Assembly: GCA_964633405.1 (NCBI GenBank)
Contig: CAZWFV010000002.1
Coordinates: 1-39,505 of the forward strand
Source of the DNA: an uncultured Candidatus Saccharibacteria bacterium
Lineage (GTDB): Bacteria > Patescibacteriota > Minisyncoccia > UBA6257 > Colwellbacteraceae
Length of the DNA: 39,505 nt
Direction: 5' to 3'
The notes beneath the pieces are model-generated. The model was not told where the DNA came from. It made no database searches and saw only the letters and a list, made by a program, of their open reading frames with translations. Numbering within the stretch: position 1 is the first letter of the stretch; every line of letters starts with the position of its first letter. Positions 15,808-24,119 of the stretch are shown piece after piece. The translations under genes were made by a program, and so were the position numbers.

Positions 15808-17292
15808 CTATCTTTTCTTTCTTTTGACCCTGTGGCGTAGTATCTCTCCGTTTCGTTTGCCACCGACGATCGTCTCTTTCACTTTAAAATCATCTTTGTT
15901 CACGACCGCCAGATCCGCTATCTTGCCTTCCTTGACCACTCCCCTGCCCTCAAGGTCGAAATACTTTGCCGGAAGCGAGGTTATCTTCTTGACCGCTTGT
16001 TCCAGGGACATCAGGTTCAATTTTGTAGCCATATCCAGAAATTTGGGGAATGTATTTACAGAGCGTTCGTGCTTCATGAATTTTCCGGGTGGAGATGAGT
16101 TGCCGTTGGAGGCTATGAATCCCCTGTCGTTGGAGAGAGTATGGACCAGGAGATCGTGGTCTATATTCCTATAAAAGACCGTGGCTTTTAGCGATGTCAG
16201 CCGTATGATCTCAAACAGGGCCTTGCCGGCGGTGGTTCCCTTGTCCTGGGCTATTTCGCTGAGTGTCTTGCCGATCATGCCCTCATAGCGGGGAGCGCTG
16301 GTGATCCATATCTCTTCTGGGTTTATTTCGGCCAGTTCCTTCTCTATTGCCGTGCGATTGGCCGGCTTGGTGATGTACTCGATAGTCGCAAGCACATTCC
16401 GCTTCTGGGCTTCGCGCGGCAGCAAGGAGTACACGGAATAGATGCTGGTGTCGTGAGGATAGATGTCGAAGAATACGCTGGCGTTGGCTGCGCTGTCATT
16501 TATCAACTTAAGGGCCTTAGTGTACTGCTCTTCATATCCCTTGATGGGACGGAAGTGACTGATCAGCGTTTGGACGCCGGTGCTTGCGGCGACATCTATG
16601 GCCTCTTTTACGGCGGCAAGGAGACGGTCGGTCTGGCTTCTTAGGTGTGTGGCGTATACGGCGTCGAAGTCTTTCAGCACGCTTACGACTTCTTTTATCT
16701 CCTCTGGCTTAGCCACCCTGCCGTGGACATATCCCAATCCGGTGGACAGGCCGAACGCTCCCTCGGACAGAGCGCGACGTACTGTCTCTTTCAGAACAGC
16801 CATCTCGTTCTTGGTCAGAGCCCGTTCGTTATCGCCGGTTATGGCCCGACGTATGGTGGAATGGCCGACCAGCGATCCGAAATTCACTCCCAACCCCAGT
16901 TTCTCAATGGAGGAGAGGAACTCACCCATCGTGTGCCAACCTACGTTTATAAGCGATGGATCGGCCCACTTATCCAGGCTCTCAAGGCTCCCGTACAAGA
17001 GCGGCGCCAAGGAGGAGCCGCAGTATCCACCGATTATCGTGGTCACGCCCTGGGCGGTGAAATCACCTTGTTTGGGGTTGGTGAAGATATCCAGATAGTG
17101 ATCGGAATCGGTGTCTATATCTATAAAACCGGGCGTTAAATAGCTGCCCAGACCGTCTATGATCTCGTCTGTCTTCTTGTCCTTAAGATCTCCGATGGCA
17201 GCGATCTTATTCTTCTGCACCAGAACGTCTGCTTGATATGGTGATGTTCCTTCGCCGTCTATTACCTGCACACTCTTGATAAGTAGGCTCAT
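15808..17292 (-). CDS. D-aminoacylase-like amidohydrolase with substituted catalytic/metal-ligand residues
   Basis: Family landmarks present: PGFID, GGYCGSSLAP, YATHLRS, LISHF, NTFPKFL. The expected HxH reads DTD (GFIDIDTDSDH) and the expected SDG Asp reads SNG. Confidence 0.8.
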   Translation of the reverse strand: MSLLIKSVQVIDGEGTSPYQADVLVQKNKIAAIGDLKDKKTDEIIDGLGSYLTPGFIDIDTDSDHYLDIFTNPKQGDFTAQGVTTIIGGYCGSSLAPLLYGSLESLDKWADPSLINVGWHTMGEFLSSIEKLGLGVNFGSLVGHSTIRRAITGDNERALTKNEMAVLKETVRRALSEGAFGLSTGLGYVHGRVAKPEEIKEVVSVLKDFDAVYATHLRSQTDRLLAAVKEAIDVAASTGVQTLISHFRPIKGYEEQYTKALKLINDSAANASVFFDIYPHDTSIYSVYSLLPREAQKRNVLATIEYITKPANRTAIEKELAEINPEEIWITSAPRYEGMIGKTLSEIAQDKGTTAGKALFEIIRLTSLKATVFYRNIDHDLLVHTLSNDRGFIASNGNSSPPGKFMKHERSVNTFPKFLDMATKLNLMSLEQAVKKITSLPAKYFDLEGRGVVKEGKIADLAVVNKDDFKVKETIVGGKRNGEILRHRVKRKKR

Positions 17293-17300
17293 TACTTTGA

Positions 17301-17309
17301 ATTATAGCA
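17301..17309 (-). promoter_or_regulatory. internal extended -10 promoter TGCTATAAT (leaderless start at 17292)
   Basis: The reverse complement of 17301-17309 is TGCTATAAT, with an 8-nt spacer to the amidohydrolase ATG. It lies in the 60-nt gap after mraY. Confidence 0.55.
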
Positions 17310-17352
17310 TCAGCCGCCGCTTTGCGGATTTGATTCCGACCACCGAATATTC

Positions 17353-18402
17353 CTAGAAGACACGCGCTAAGAAGAAAAGAATCAATCCGAATCCTACGGA
17401 AACCACAGATACTATCCAGAAACGCATGGTCACCTGGTACTCCGGCCAGCCAAGCGCTTCAAAATGATGATGTATCGGCGTAGACAGGAACACTTTATGT
17501 TTGAACAGTTTCTTGCTGATCAGTTGGATGATCACCGAGAGCGATTCTATGACCATAATGAAGGCGAAAAACGGTAGGAGAAGGGTGGTGTTGGTAAGCA
17601 TAGCCATAACGCCTAGGGTTATGCCCATAGCCATACTGCCCGTATCTCCCATAAAGAACTTCGCGGGGTGGATATTAAACCAGAGGAAGGCCAGAAGAGC
17701 CCCGACCAGCGCTCCACCCATAGTCGCCAGGTCATAACGCCTCAATACGAAAGCGACAACGGTGAGGGCAGCGAAGGCAAACAACGATACGCCGCCAAGC
17801 AGGCCGTCTAGACCGTCGGTCTCGTTGGCCGAGAAGGCAGAAGCGATGACTATGAACATGAATATAGGCACGTACCATCCGCCGATCGTGACGTTGCCGA
17901 AGAACGGTATGTAGAGGGTGTTCCAGGTCAAACGCACATAGAACCACCAAGCACCGATGATCGACAAGACGAGGTAGACGAGCAGTTTATGCCTGACCTT
18001 CAGTCCCCCGCCGTTGAGGCCTATTTTCAGTACACCCATGATGTCGTCAGCCAAACCTATTACCGCCGCTATAAGCAGAGCGGCTAGAGGCAGATATGTC
18101 TGGGCGCGGTCTATGAAGTTAAGATATCCGAAGAAACCGCCGAAAAAGAAGTTGAGTAAGGCAAATATCACCGCGAGTAGAAGTACCGTCCCCCAGATTA
18201 CTATCCCACCCATCGTCGGTGTGCCGGCTTTGCCGGCGTGCAGCTGGGAATATATCGGGGCCTTTTCGCTGGTACGTATCTGCTTGCGCGCGTTGAATTT
18301 CTTTAAAAGATCGATGAGGCTGGGAGTCGCGAACAGCGCCACCAAGAAAGCGATTATTGTGAAGGCGAACACCCTGATGGCTTGTAGTACGGTTATGGTC
18401 AT
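17353..18402 (-). CDS. mraY: phospho-N-acetylmuramoyl-pentapeptide transferase
   Basis: GTPTMGG, NETDGLDGL, MGDTGSMA and the HHHFE motif. 10-TM layout. Confidence 0.96.
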   Translation of the reverse strand: MTITVLQAIRVFAFTIIAFLVALFATPSLIDLLKKFNARKQIRTSEKAPIYSQLHAGKAGTPTMGGIVIWGTVLLLAVIFALLNFFFGGFFGYLNFIDRAQTYLPLAALLIAAVIGLADDIMGVLKIGLNGGGLKVRHKLLVYLVLSIIGAWWFYVRLTWNTLYIPFFGNVTIGGWYVPIFMFIVIASAFSANETDGLDGLLGGVSLFAFAALTVVAFVLRRYDLATMGGALVGALLAFLWFNIHPAKFFMGDTGSMAMGITLGVMAMLTNTTLLLPFFAFIMVIESLSVIIQLISKKLFKHKVFLSTPIHHHFEALGWPEYQVTMRFWIVSVVSVGFGLILFFLARVF

Positions 18403-19319
18403 AGTTTGGAAAGTATATCCTTCGCTTCGGTATATCTATCTGTAGCACCGAGTACGATGATGACCTTGGGACCATTCGCGTTGAAAATGGCTATCAAATT
18501 CTGCTTACTTATCGGCAGGGTGCCCGTCTTGCCTCCCAAGAAATCCGCTCTGCCGGCAAATCTGTCTATGTTATTCAGGACCATGGTGACTCTGCTGCCA
18601 CTCGGTTCGGACACGCTTATTGTCGTTTGGGCCTCACGGGTGATTTTGAAGAATCCGGGGTACCTGGACCATATGAATTCTACCAACTTATACAGATCCG
18701 AGGCTGTTGATAAATTGCCCGCCGAAAGACCGGAGGGGCTGACGAATCTGGTGTCGTCCATACCCAGGCTTATGGCCGTGTCGTTCATAGCCTGGAGGAA
18801 ACGCTCCCGGCCATAATTGTCGGCCAGAGCCTCGGCTGCATCGTCGGAAGAGACGACGAACATCGAGGCCATCAGGTCCTTAATAGTGACGGTATCCCCC
18901 ACCTTAAAGATCGGGGCGGCGTTAGCTGCCACGAGCGGCGCTTCGTCAGCGGAAGTTATGGTTATCGGCGTGTCGGTAGCCATTGATTCGCTGACTACGA
19001 TTGCCGTCATCAGTTTGGTAAGTGAGGCAATCGGCCAGCGTCTTTGGTCGTTCCAGGAGAGTATCTCACTATTGTCCCGCAGGGAATAAGCTGCAGCCGC
19101 AGCGGCATCACCTACCATAGCCGACTGTTCGGTGGAAGGGTTGGATTTGAGCGCGGTAGCGACGTCGCTATATTTGTCCGAGATAGTAACCAATGTCTCC
19201 GGTGTGGCGATTTTAGAACTCCGCTCGTTGTTCAGGTAGCCGATAGCGAGGATTGAAGCGACCAATATCACGCCGACCGGGATCGCTATACGGGTTTTGC
19301 TATTTAGCTTCAGTCGCAT
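18399..19319 (-). CDS. D-alanyl-D-alanine carboxypeptidase (S11, PBP5-like)
   Basis: An N-terminal anchor, the SxxK motif in ASLTKLMT, a SxN-like SSDD, and KTG in GGKTGTL. ATGA overlap with mraY. Confidence 0.88.
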   Translation of the reverse strand: MRLKLNSKTRIAIPVGVILVASILAIGYLNNERSSKIATPETLVTISDKYSDVATALKSNPSTEQSAMVGDAAAAAAYSLRDNSEILSWNDQRRWPIASLTKLMTAIVVSESMATDTPITITSADEAPLVAANAAPIFKVGDTVTIKDLMASMFVVSSDDAAEALADNYGRERFLQAMNDTAISLGMDDTRFVSPSGLSAGNLSTASDLYKLVEFIWSRYPGFFKITREAQTTISVSEPSGSRVTMVLNNIDRFAGRADFLGGKTGTLPISKQNLIAIFNANGPKVIIVLGATDRYTEAKDILSKL

Positions 19320-19860
19320 TACTACCGTTCTCGCGCAATCTCTTTACAAGTTCGTGGTACTTATCGTATTTGGGAAGCTCTTTGGGTGAGGCCAGACCGA
19401 TGTGCCGGAGCAAATCGCCACTTACCTGATATAAATAGTTATCGCCGTTATCCGGGTCAGGTTTCCTTGTGACCAGTCCGCGGACGATAAGACTTCTCAG
19501 AATTATGCTCGAGTTGACCCCGCGTACATAGTCTATCTCGGGTCGGCTGCATGGTCCGAGATAAGCTATTATCGTCAGTGCCTCCAAGCTGGCGGGGGTA
19601 AGTTCCGCATCCAGTTCCTCTTTGATCACGTTTTGCAGCAGGCTTCCTAGCTCTGGTTTTGTGGTCAGTGTTGCCTCCCCTTCGTAGAGCATGAGTTTTA
19701 GGCCGCGTTCCTCTGCTTCGAGGGACAGGCGCAGTTCCTCCAGGACTCTGCTGACTGTGTCCTCATCGGTGTTTGCAATCTGGGCAAGTTTCTTTATCTT
19801 AATCGGCTCCCCGTATATGAATAGGAGGGCCTCTATCGTAGCCTTGAGATTATTGGCCAT
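19300..19860 (-). CDS. scpB: segregation and condensation protein B
   Basis: IEALLFIYGEPIKIKKLAQI and the tandem winged-helix pattern. It follows scpA. Confidence 0.92.
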   Translation of the reverse strand: MANNLKATIEALLFIYGEPIKIKKLAQIANTDEDTVSRVLEELRLSLEAEERGLKLMLYEGEATLTTKPELGSLLQNVIKEELDAELTPASLEALTIIAYLGPCSRPEIDYVRGVNSSIILRSLIVRGLVTRKPDPDNGDNYLYQVSGDLLRHIGLASPKELPKYDKYHELVKRLRENGSNATEAK

Positions 19861-20560
19861 TGTTCTGTGACGCTATCTTTATGTTCTCGAATATTCCTGA
19901 TTGGTCGATTTTGATCATGTTGTCTTTCAAGAGGTGTAACAAGGCTAAGAATAGCACTACTATTTCCTTTTTCTCCTTGCCCTTGGCGATCTCACTGAAG
20001 CTGGTCGACATGAGTTTGTTGATGGTCCCGGCCAGTTCGCGTATTTTTTCCTCCAGACTGACCAACTTTACCTTCTCGGACGCCGTCTGGGGGAAGAGTA
20101 CTTCAATTTCCTGATTCAGTCGAGCGATTATGGCCAACAGTTCCTCGATTTTCACCGGCTGGCTGAGATAGAACCCTTCCGGGATATCTTTCAGGAATTC
20201 CCTGTTGAATACGGTGTTCTTGCCCCACATCTTATTGATGTATCTCTCGGCGTTACGTACCTCCCGGTATATGGATAGCCGCGTCTCCAGGTCCGCGATA
20301 TCAGCTTCCTCTTCATTTGTCGGGGCGAGCGAGGGCAGGAGGGTGTGGGATTTTATGAGAATGAGCTTCGCCGCCACGGCAATGAAGTCGGCCAATACCG
20401 GCGCGGGAACATCCTCCAGTGTTTGCAGGTAGCCTACGAAATCGGACGTGACTTCGGCCAGGTTCACCCTGGTTATCTCCAGCTGTTTGGCTTCGATCAA
20501 CTCAAGCAGTTTACTTATCGGCCCCTGGAACTCCGGCAATTTTAGCTGGTAATCATCCAT
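19850..20560 (-). CDS. scpA: segregation and condensation protein A (kleisin)
   Basis: LPEFQGPISKLLELIEAKQLEITRVNLAEVTSDF is the canonical ScpA N-terminus. Confidence 0.92.
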   Translation of the reverse strand: MDDYQLKLPEFQGPISKLLELIEAKQLEITRVNLAEVTSDFVGYLQTLEDVPAPVLADFIAVAAKLILIKSHTLLPSLAPTNEEEADIADLETRLSIYREVRNAERYINKMWGKNTVFNREFLKDIPEGFYLSQPVKIEELLAIIARLNQEIEVLFPQTASEKVKLVSLEEKIRELAGTINKLMSTSFSEIAKGKEKKEIVVLFLALLHLLKDNMIKIDQSGIFENIKIASQNNGQ

Positions 20561-21904
20561 TTAATTGAGGCCCAGTCCGCTTGCGGTGTAATGGTTGCTT
20601 GGATTCCAGAGCATCCATCCGTCCCACATATTCTGGACCTTGGTCAGATTTTTGGCGCACTGCAGCCCTGGAGCCTTGTCCGTAGAGGTGGGGTAATCCC
20701 CCGTCGGCTGGGTTATGCACAGTGAATCCGTTACCGCTTGTATTTCGGACTGGATCATCTGTGGGGTGTAGACCGCGCCCAGGTTGAAGTCCTGCAGCCA
20801 CGGCCTGAACTTGGCTAGGGGCGTACTACTGGAGCTCGAGCTTGATTCCAGGCTGAGGAATTTATCGACGGCGTTCTCCATCGAATAGACGATTACCTGA
20901 TACGGATAATCAGCCGGGTTCTTGTAACCGATGAAACCGTTGGCGTAGTGCGAGGGGTAGACCATGGGAGCGATATAATCGAAGTAAGGCGCCGCGTCCT
21001 GGATTATCTGACCTATGCCCATATCGTCAGTGGCGACTGTGGTCAGTCCGAACACGTCAGCCGAGGTCTTTATACCGGTGACGTGGTCATGAAGGTAACT
21101 GAAGAACTTTTCGATAACGGCGGATTTAACCATTGTCTTTGGATTGAAAAACGGATAAGAGAGATTGCCGATGCTGCCATCGCTTGGGAAACGGACGTAA
21201 TCGAAATTTACTTCGTCGAAGCCCCGCGCGGCCATATCATTGGCGATATCGGCGACATAGTTCCAAGTCTCCTGGTCGCTCGGATCCAACCAAGACAAGC
21301 CGCTTTTATCCTTCCATACCTGTCCGGTGGTGGCGTCCTTTATCGCCAGGTCCGGCCTGGCTGCGGCCAGGACGGGATCTTCAAAGACGACTATGCGGCC
21401 GATGACGTATATGCCGTTATCATGCAGTTCTTTGATGAGTGCATTGGGTCTGGAGATGCGGATCTGATCCTCCGCTCCGGACGATTTCGCCAAAGGTATA
21501 TCCATGGCGTAGGAAACATAACCGGAATAGTCCTTTACATCGATAACTATGGCGTTGAGGTTGGTCGTCTTAATGAGGTCGATGAGGCTGGCCATCCGTT
21601 TCGGCGAGCCGGCCGTCCATGCAGTTGCGTATACGGCTTTTATTACCGTAGGCGGGTCGGAAAGGGGCTGCTGATCGGGAAGATCATTATTGCTTGAGTT
21701 GCCATTTACACTCAGGCTGGTACTGGTTGGCTGAGGGGCTTCAGGCACAGTCAGGTCATTCCCGTTCAAGACCGCACCACTTTGAGCTACGGTCGACGAA
21801 GGGGTTAGGCTGACTTCATAGCCTCTATTTACTATCGAAATAGAGGCTATGGTTATTACGGCCAAGGTTATGGCCATGACTACTATAGCAAGGCGGTACA
21901 CCAT
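20561..21904 (-). CDS. putative glycoside hydrolase, DUF4015-type TIM barrel, membrane anchored
   Basis: An N-terminal TM is followed by IKAVYATAWTAGSPKRMASLIDLIKTTNLNAIVIDVKDYSGYVSY and FDEVNFDYVRFP, typical of the DUF4015 family. Confidence 0.8.
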   Translation of the reverse strand: MVYRLAIVVMAITLAVITIASISIVNRGYEVSLTPSSTVAQSGAVLNGNDLTVPEAPQPTSTSLSVNGNSSNNDLPDQQPLSDPPTVIKAVYATAWTAGSPKRMASLIDLIKTTNLNAIVIDVKDYSGYVSYAMDIPLAKSSGAEDQIRISRPNALIKELHDNGIYVIGRIVVFEDPVLAAARPDLAIKDATTGQVWKDKSGLSWLDPSDQETWNYVADIANDMAARGFDEVNFDYVRFPSDGSIGNLSYPFFNPKTMVKSAVIEKFFSYLHDHVTGIKTSADVFGLTTVATDDMGIGQIIQDAAPYFDYIAPMVYPSHYANGFIGYKNPADYPYQVIVYSMENAVDKFLSLESSSSSSSTPLAKFRPWLQDFNLGAVYTPQMIQSEIQAVTDSLCITQPTGDYPTSTDKAPGLQCAKNLTKVQNMWDGWMLWNPSNHYTASGLGLN

Positions 21905-21947
21905 AACGTCTTTTGATTCAACGACTTCATTTTATGCCGTTTCCACC

Positions 21948-21953
21948 TATAAT
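21948..21953 (+). promoter_or_regulatory. -10 box TATAAT of dnaX (leaderless)
   Basis: TATAAT lies 7 nt upstream of ATG 21961, which yields the canonical DnaX N-terminus MALAIYRKYRPK. Confidence 0.5.
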
Positions 21954-21960
21954 TAAAGCG

Positions 21961-23076
21961 ATGGCGCTGGCGATATATCGCAAATATAGGCCGAAACTTC
22001 TGTCCGAACTGATCGGCCAAGACCTTGTGGTCGAGGTGCTGAAGAACGCGGCCCGCGAGGATAAGCTGAGCCACGCCTATCTCTTCTATGGTCCGAGGGG
22101 AACGGGCAAGACCACCGTGGCCAGACTGATCGCCAAGATCGCAAACTGCGAAAAGAGAGCTTCAGATCCCAAATTCAGAGCCAAGGGAGAGCCATGCAAC
22201 GAATGCAGAGCGTGCCGGGAAATAGATGAAGGACACGCCCTGGATGTTATTGAGATTGATGCGGCTTCGAACAGGGGTATCGATGAGATACGCAGCTTGA
22301 AGGAAGGGATAAGATTGTCCCCTACCTCCTATCGCTACAAGATATTTATAATTGACGAAGCCCACCAGCTTACTAAAGAAGCAGCCAATGCCCTGCTTAA
22401 GACCCTGGAAGAGCCTCCCGAACATGCGATATTCATTTTGGCAACAACCGAAGCCGAGAAGCTTCCGGCGACCATAACCTCTCGTACGCAGCGTTTCCAT
22501 TTCCGGAGGGTGCCCACTCAGGAGGTTTTGCAGAAACTTAACAAGATCATTATCGACGAGAAGTTCAGTATAGATGGAGCGGCTCTGGAGCTGATTGCAA
22601 CCGCTGCCGACGGCAGTTTCCGCGATGCCGAATCCCTGCTCGAACAAGTCGTGTCTATGAGCAGCGGTACGACGCTCGAGAGCGTAGAAAGGCTCTTGGG
22701 CAAGGTCGGACTGGCTCGGACCTCGGGACTTGCCGGATATTTTATATCAGGTGACGCTGCGGGAGCTTTGAGCTATCTTTCGGAAATAAACGAGTCCGGC
22801 TTCAATCTGGTCCAGCTGACCAAGGACCTCATCCATTATTTACGGAGGGTCCTGTCTCTAAAATTTGACCCGAATTTGGAGGAGGTGTTCAAACGCGAGT
22901 TGACCGGAGAGGAAATATCACTGTTAAAGAAACACGGCGCCGCGGTTAAGGACGGCGCCAAACTGATTGCCATCATAAAATCCCTCATACGCGCCTACAG
23001 TGATATGAGGTATAGCCCGTTTGCGATAGTCCCACTTGAGATAGCGATCATAGAGAACCTTGGAAATTCTAAGTAA
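21961..23076 (+). CDS. dnaX: DNA polymerase III subunit gamma/tau (short, 371 aa)
   Basis: YRKYRPK, HAYLFYGPRGTGKTT (P-loop), a CxxC zinc module (CNECRACREI), IFIIDEAH and SRTQRF. The ORF-track start at 21913 would add an atypical 16-aa extension. Confidence 0.93.
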   Translation: MALAIYRKYRPKLLSELIGQDLVVEVLKNAAREDKLSHAYLFYGPRGTGKTTVARLIAKIANCEKRASDPKFRAKGEPCNECRACREIDEGHALDVIEIDAASNRGIDEIRSLKEGIRLSPTSYRYKIFIIDEAHQLTKEAANALLKTLEEPPEHAIFILATTEAEKLPATITSRTQRFHFRRVPTQEVLQKLNKIIIDEKFSIDGAALELIATAADGSFRDAESLLEQVVSMSSGTTLESVERLLGKVGLARTSGLAGYFISGDAAGALSYLSEINESGFNLVQLTKDLIHYLRRVLSLKFDPNLEEVFKRELTGEEISLLKKHGAAVKDGAKLIAIIKSLIRAYSDMRYSPFAIVPLEIAIIENLGNSK

Positions 23077-23168
23077 AGTAGTTTGCAGACGAACAGCAGT
23101 CGGTATATAAAAGGAGTGCGGATTTTAATATAAGAATAAGTGGTTGGATAGATGGAATAGCGAATAAT

Positions 23169-23239
23169 TGCGGGATCGTCTAACGGTAGGACTGCAGGTT
23201 TTGGACCTGCGTATCTAGGTTCGAATCCTAGTCCCGCAG
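23169..23239 (+). tRNA. tRNA-Gln (anticodon UUG)
   Basis: Hand-folded 71-nt cloverleaf. Acceptor TGCGGGA/TCCCGCA, anticodon arm GCAGG-TTTTGGA-CCTGC, T arm CTAGG-TTCGAAT-CCTAG. No encoded CCA. Confidence 0.93.
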
Positions 23240-23309
23240 CAGCAATAAAAATAATCTTATATCGTGAACGAACTATCTTCCTCTGATTTCCTAGCTGAAT
23301 ATTAATAAC

Positions 23310-23540
23310 TAAAGCAAAAGGGACCTTCATCAGGTCCCAAGGTTGCAATTTTCTAGATGGCTTAGGCAGTTCGATGGTTTAAGATCGGTTAACCGTTGAT
23401 ACGCCACTTCCGGCGAAGGAAGCTATTCTCAACATGATCTTACCAAGAGTACGCTTATAGCCTACCCAGTCCGCTATCTATGCGGGCCCGTCCCATTCCA
23501 GCTGTCTAGAATATTACAAATAATTAAAGAACTTAATTGT
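23310..23540 (-). ncRNA. candidate structured non-coding RNA (class unknown)
   Basis: Minus-strand promoter TTGACA-17 nt-TATGCT (23574-23546). Terminator GGGACCT/AGGTCCC (23338-23320) plus CTTTTGCTTT. No ORF longer than 18 codons. Nested helices include a 13-position closing helix (23505-23517 with 23345-23357). Confidence 0.4.
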
Positions 23541-23545
23541 GTTTC

Positions 23546-23616
23546 AGCATAACATATATAACAATATTTGTCAATAGCCCCCTAGCATTGACAGCTACCT
23601 ATATTTATTGCTTAAT
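23546..23616. promoter_or_regulatory. back-to-back divergent promoters
   Basis: The inverted repeat TGTCAAT 23569-23575 / ATTGACA 23587-23593 supplies two divergent TTGACA -35 boxes. The minus-strand -10 is TATGCT (23551-23546). The plus-strand -10-like element is CTTAAT (23611-23616). Confidence 0.45.
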
Positions 23617-23707
23617 TTCAGTAAAGTCGATTCGCCTTGCGAGGCTCGGTCTATAAACTAAATGACGGGGCCGCCGAAAAAGACGGATCCCCGTTCCTTA
23701 AAATCCA

Positions 23708-24040
23708 ATGACTAAAGATATCCTCAGAGATATTGAGTCAGTTATAAGAACTCGGATAAAGAGCGTGCGTTTCATCTATCTGCAGATAAACCGGGGGTTG
23801 TACGATCCGGAAAAGGACGAGGTAACGATTGATACCGCTTGGAGAGGCAATCCGATCAAGACCTTCCTCCATGAGTTGCTGCACAAGATACATCCCGACT
23901 GGAGGGAGACGCCAGCGCTTCATAGGGAGGACTACATATGGCCAAGACTGACCGCTGAGCAGAAGGTCCTTCTGGGAAAGAAGTTGTTCAACCGCAGATG
24001 GAGATATAAGAACGGGGTTTGCTACTCCGTCCGAGGCTAA
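23708..24040 (+). CDS. small HExxH-motif protein (putative minimal zinc metallopeptidase-like, 110 aa)
   Basis: An HELLH motif with a downstream HP/W-rich segment. A strong terminator lies at the stop codon. There is no obvious SD or leaderless -10, so the start is poorly supported. Confidence 0.5.
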   Translation: MTKDILRDIESVIRTRIKSVRFIYLQINRGLYDPEKDEVTIDTAWRGNPIKTFLHELLHKIHPDWRETPALHREDYIWPRLTAEQKVLLGKKLFNRRWRYKNGVCYSVRG

Positions 24041-24068
24041 AAAGACCGGTTAATTAATCGGTCTTTTT
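24039..24068 (+). terminator. intrinsic terminator
   Basis: AAAAAGACCG 24039-24048 / CGGTCTTTTT 24059-24068, a 10-bp stem around a TTAATTAA-containing loop, with a T-run. Confidence 0.75.
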
Positions 24069-24119
24069 GATTGTACAAGGCGCCGTACAGTCGCGATGAT
24101 ATACTCATATATAGCTTAA

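Noticed and set aside
20948-21697. A 249-aa plus-strand ORF.
   Set aside because: It is entirely antisense to the well-supported DUF4015-type hydrolase gene. It is a shadow ORF, Arg/Gly-rich, with no start signals.
21913-21960. A 16-codon N-terminal extension of dnaX suggested by the ORF track (MIQRLHFMPFPPIIKA).
   Set aside because: The TATAAT box at 21948-21953 lies inside it, 7 nt upstream of ATG 21961, and MALAIYRKYRPK is the canonical DnaX N-terminus.
21961-23076. A programmed -1 frameshift site (A AAA AAG type) for gamma/tau production in dnaX.
   Set aside because: No slippery heptamer was seen by eye, and the gene is already of gamma-like length with no tau C-terminal domains.
23320-23338. 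A CUGAUGA box, like the hammerhead ribozyme core, on the minus strand.
   Set aside because: It is simply the loop and arm of the terminator hairpin GGGACCU-GAUGA-AGGUCCC. No GAAA box or stem II/III arrangement follows.
22995-23348. A 117-aa minus-strand ORF.
   Set aside because: It overlaps the dnaX 3' end, the whole tRNA-Gln(UUG) gene and the ncRNA terminator, so it is spurious.
23345-23517. SRP (4.5S) RNA on the plus strand. CCGGCGAAGGAAGC resembles the helix-8 CCGGAAGGAAGCAGC, the stem-loop topology is similar, and it lies next to dnaX as ffs does in Firmicutes.
   Set aside because: The conserved symmetric loop (AGG / AGCA) that binds Ffh is replaced by Watson-Crick pairs (CUUCC/GGAAG). 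GUCAGG and AGCAGCC are absent. The promoter and terminator signals are on the minus strand. It should still be tested with the SRP covariance models.
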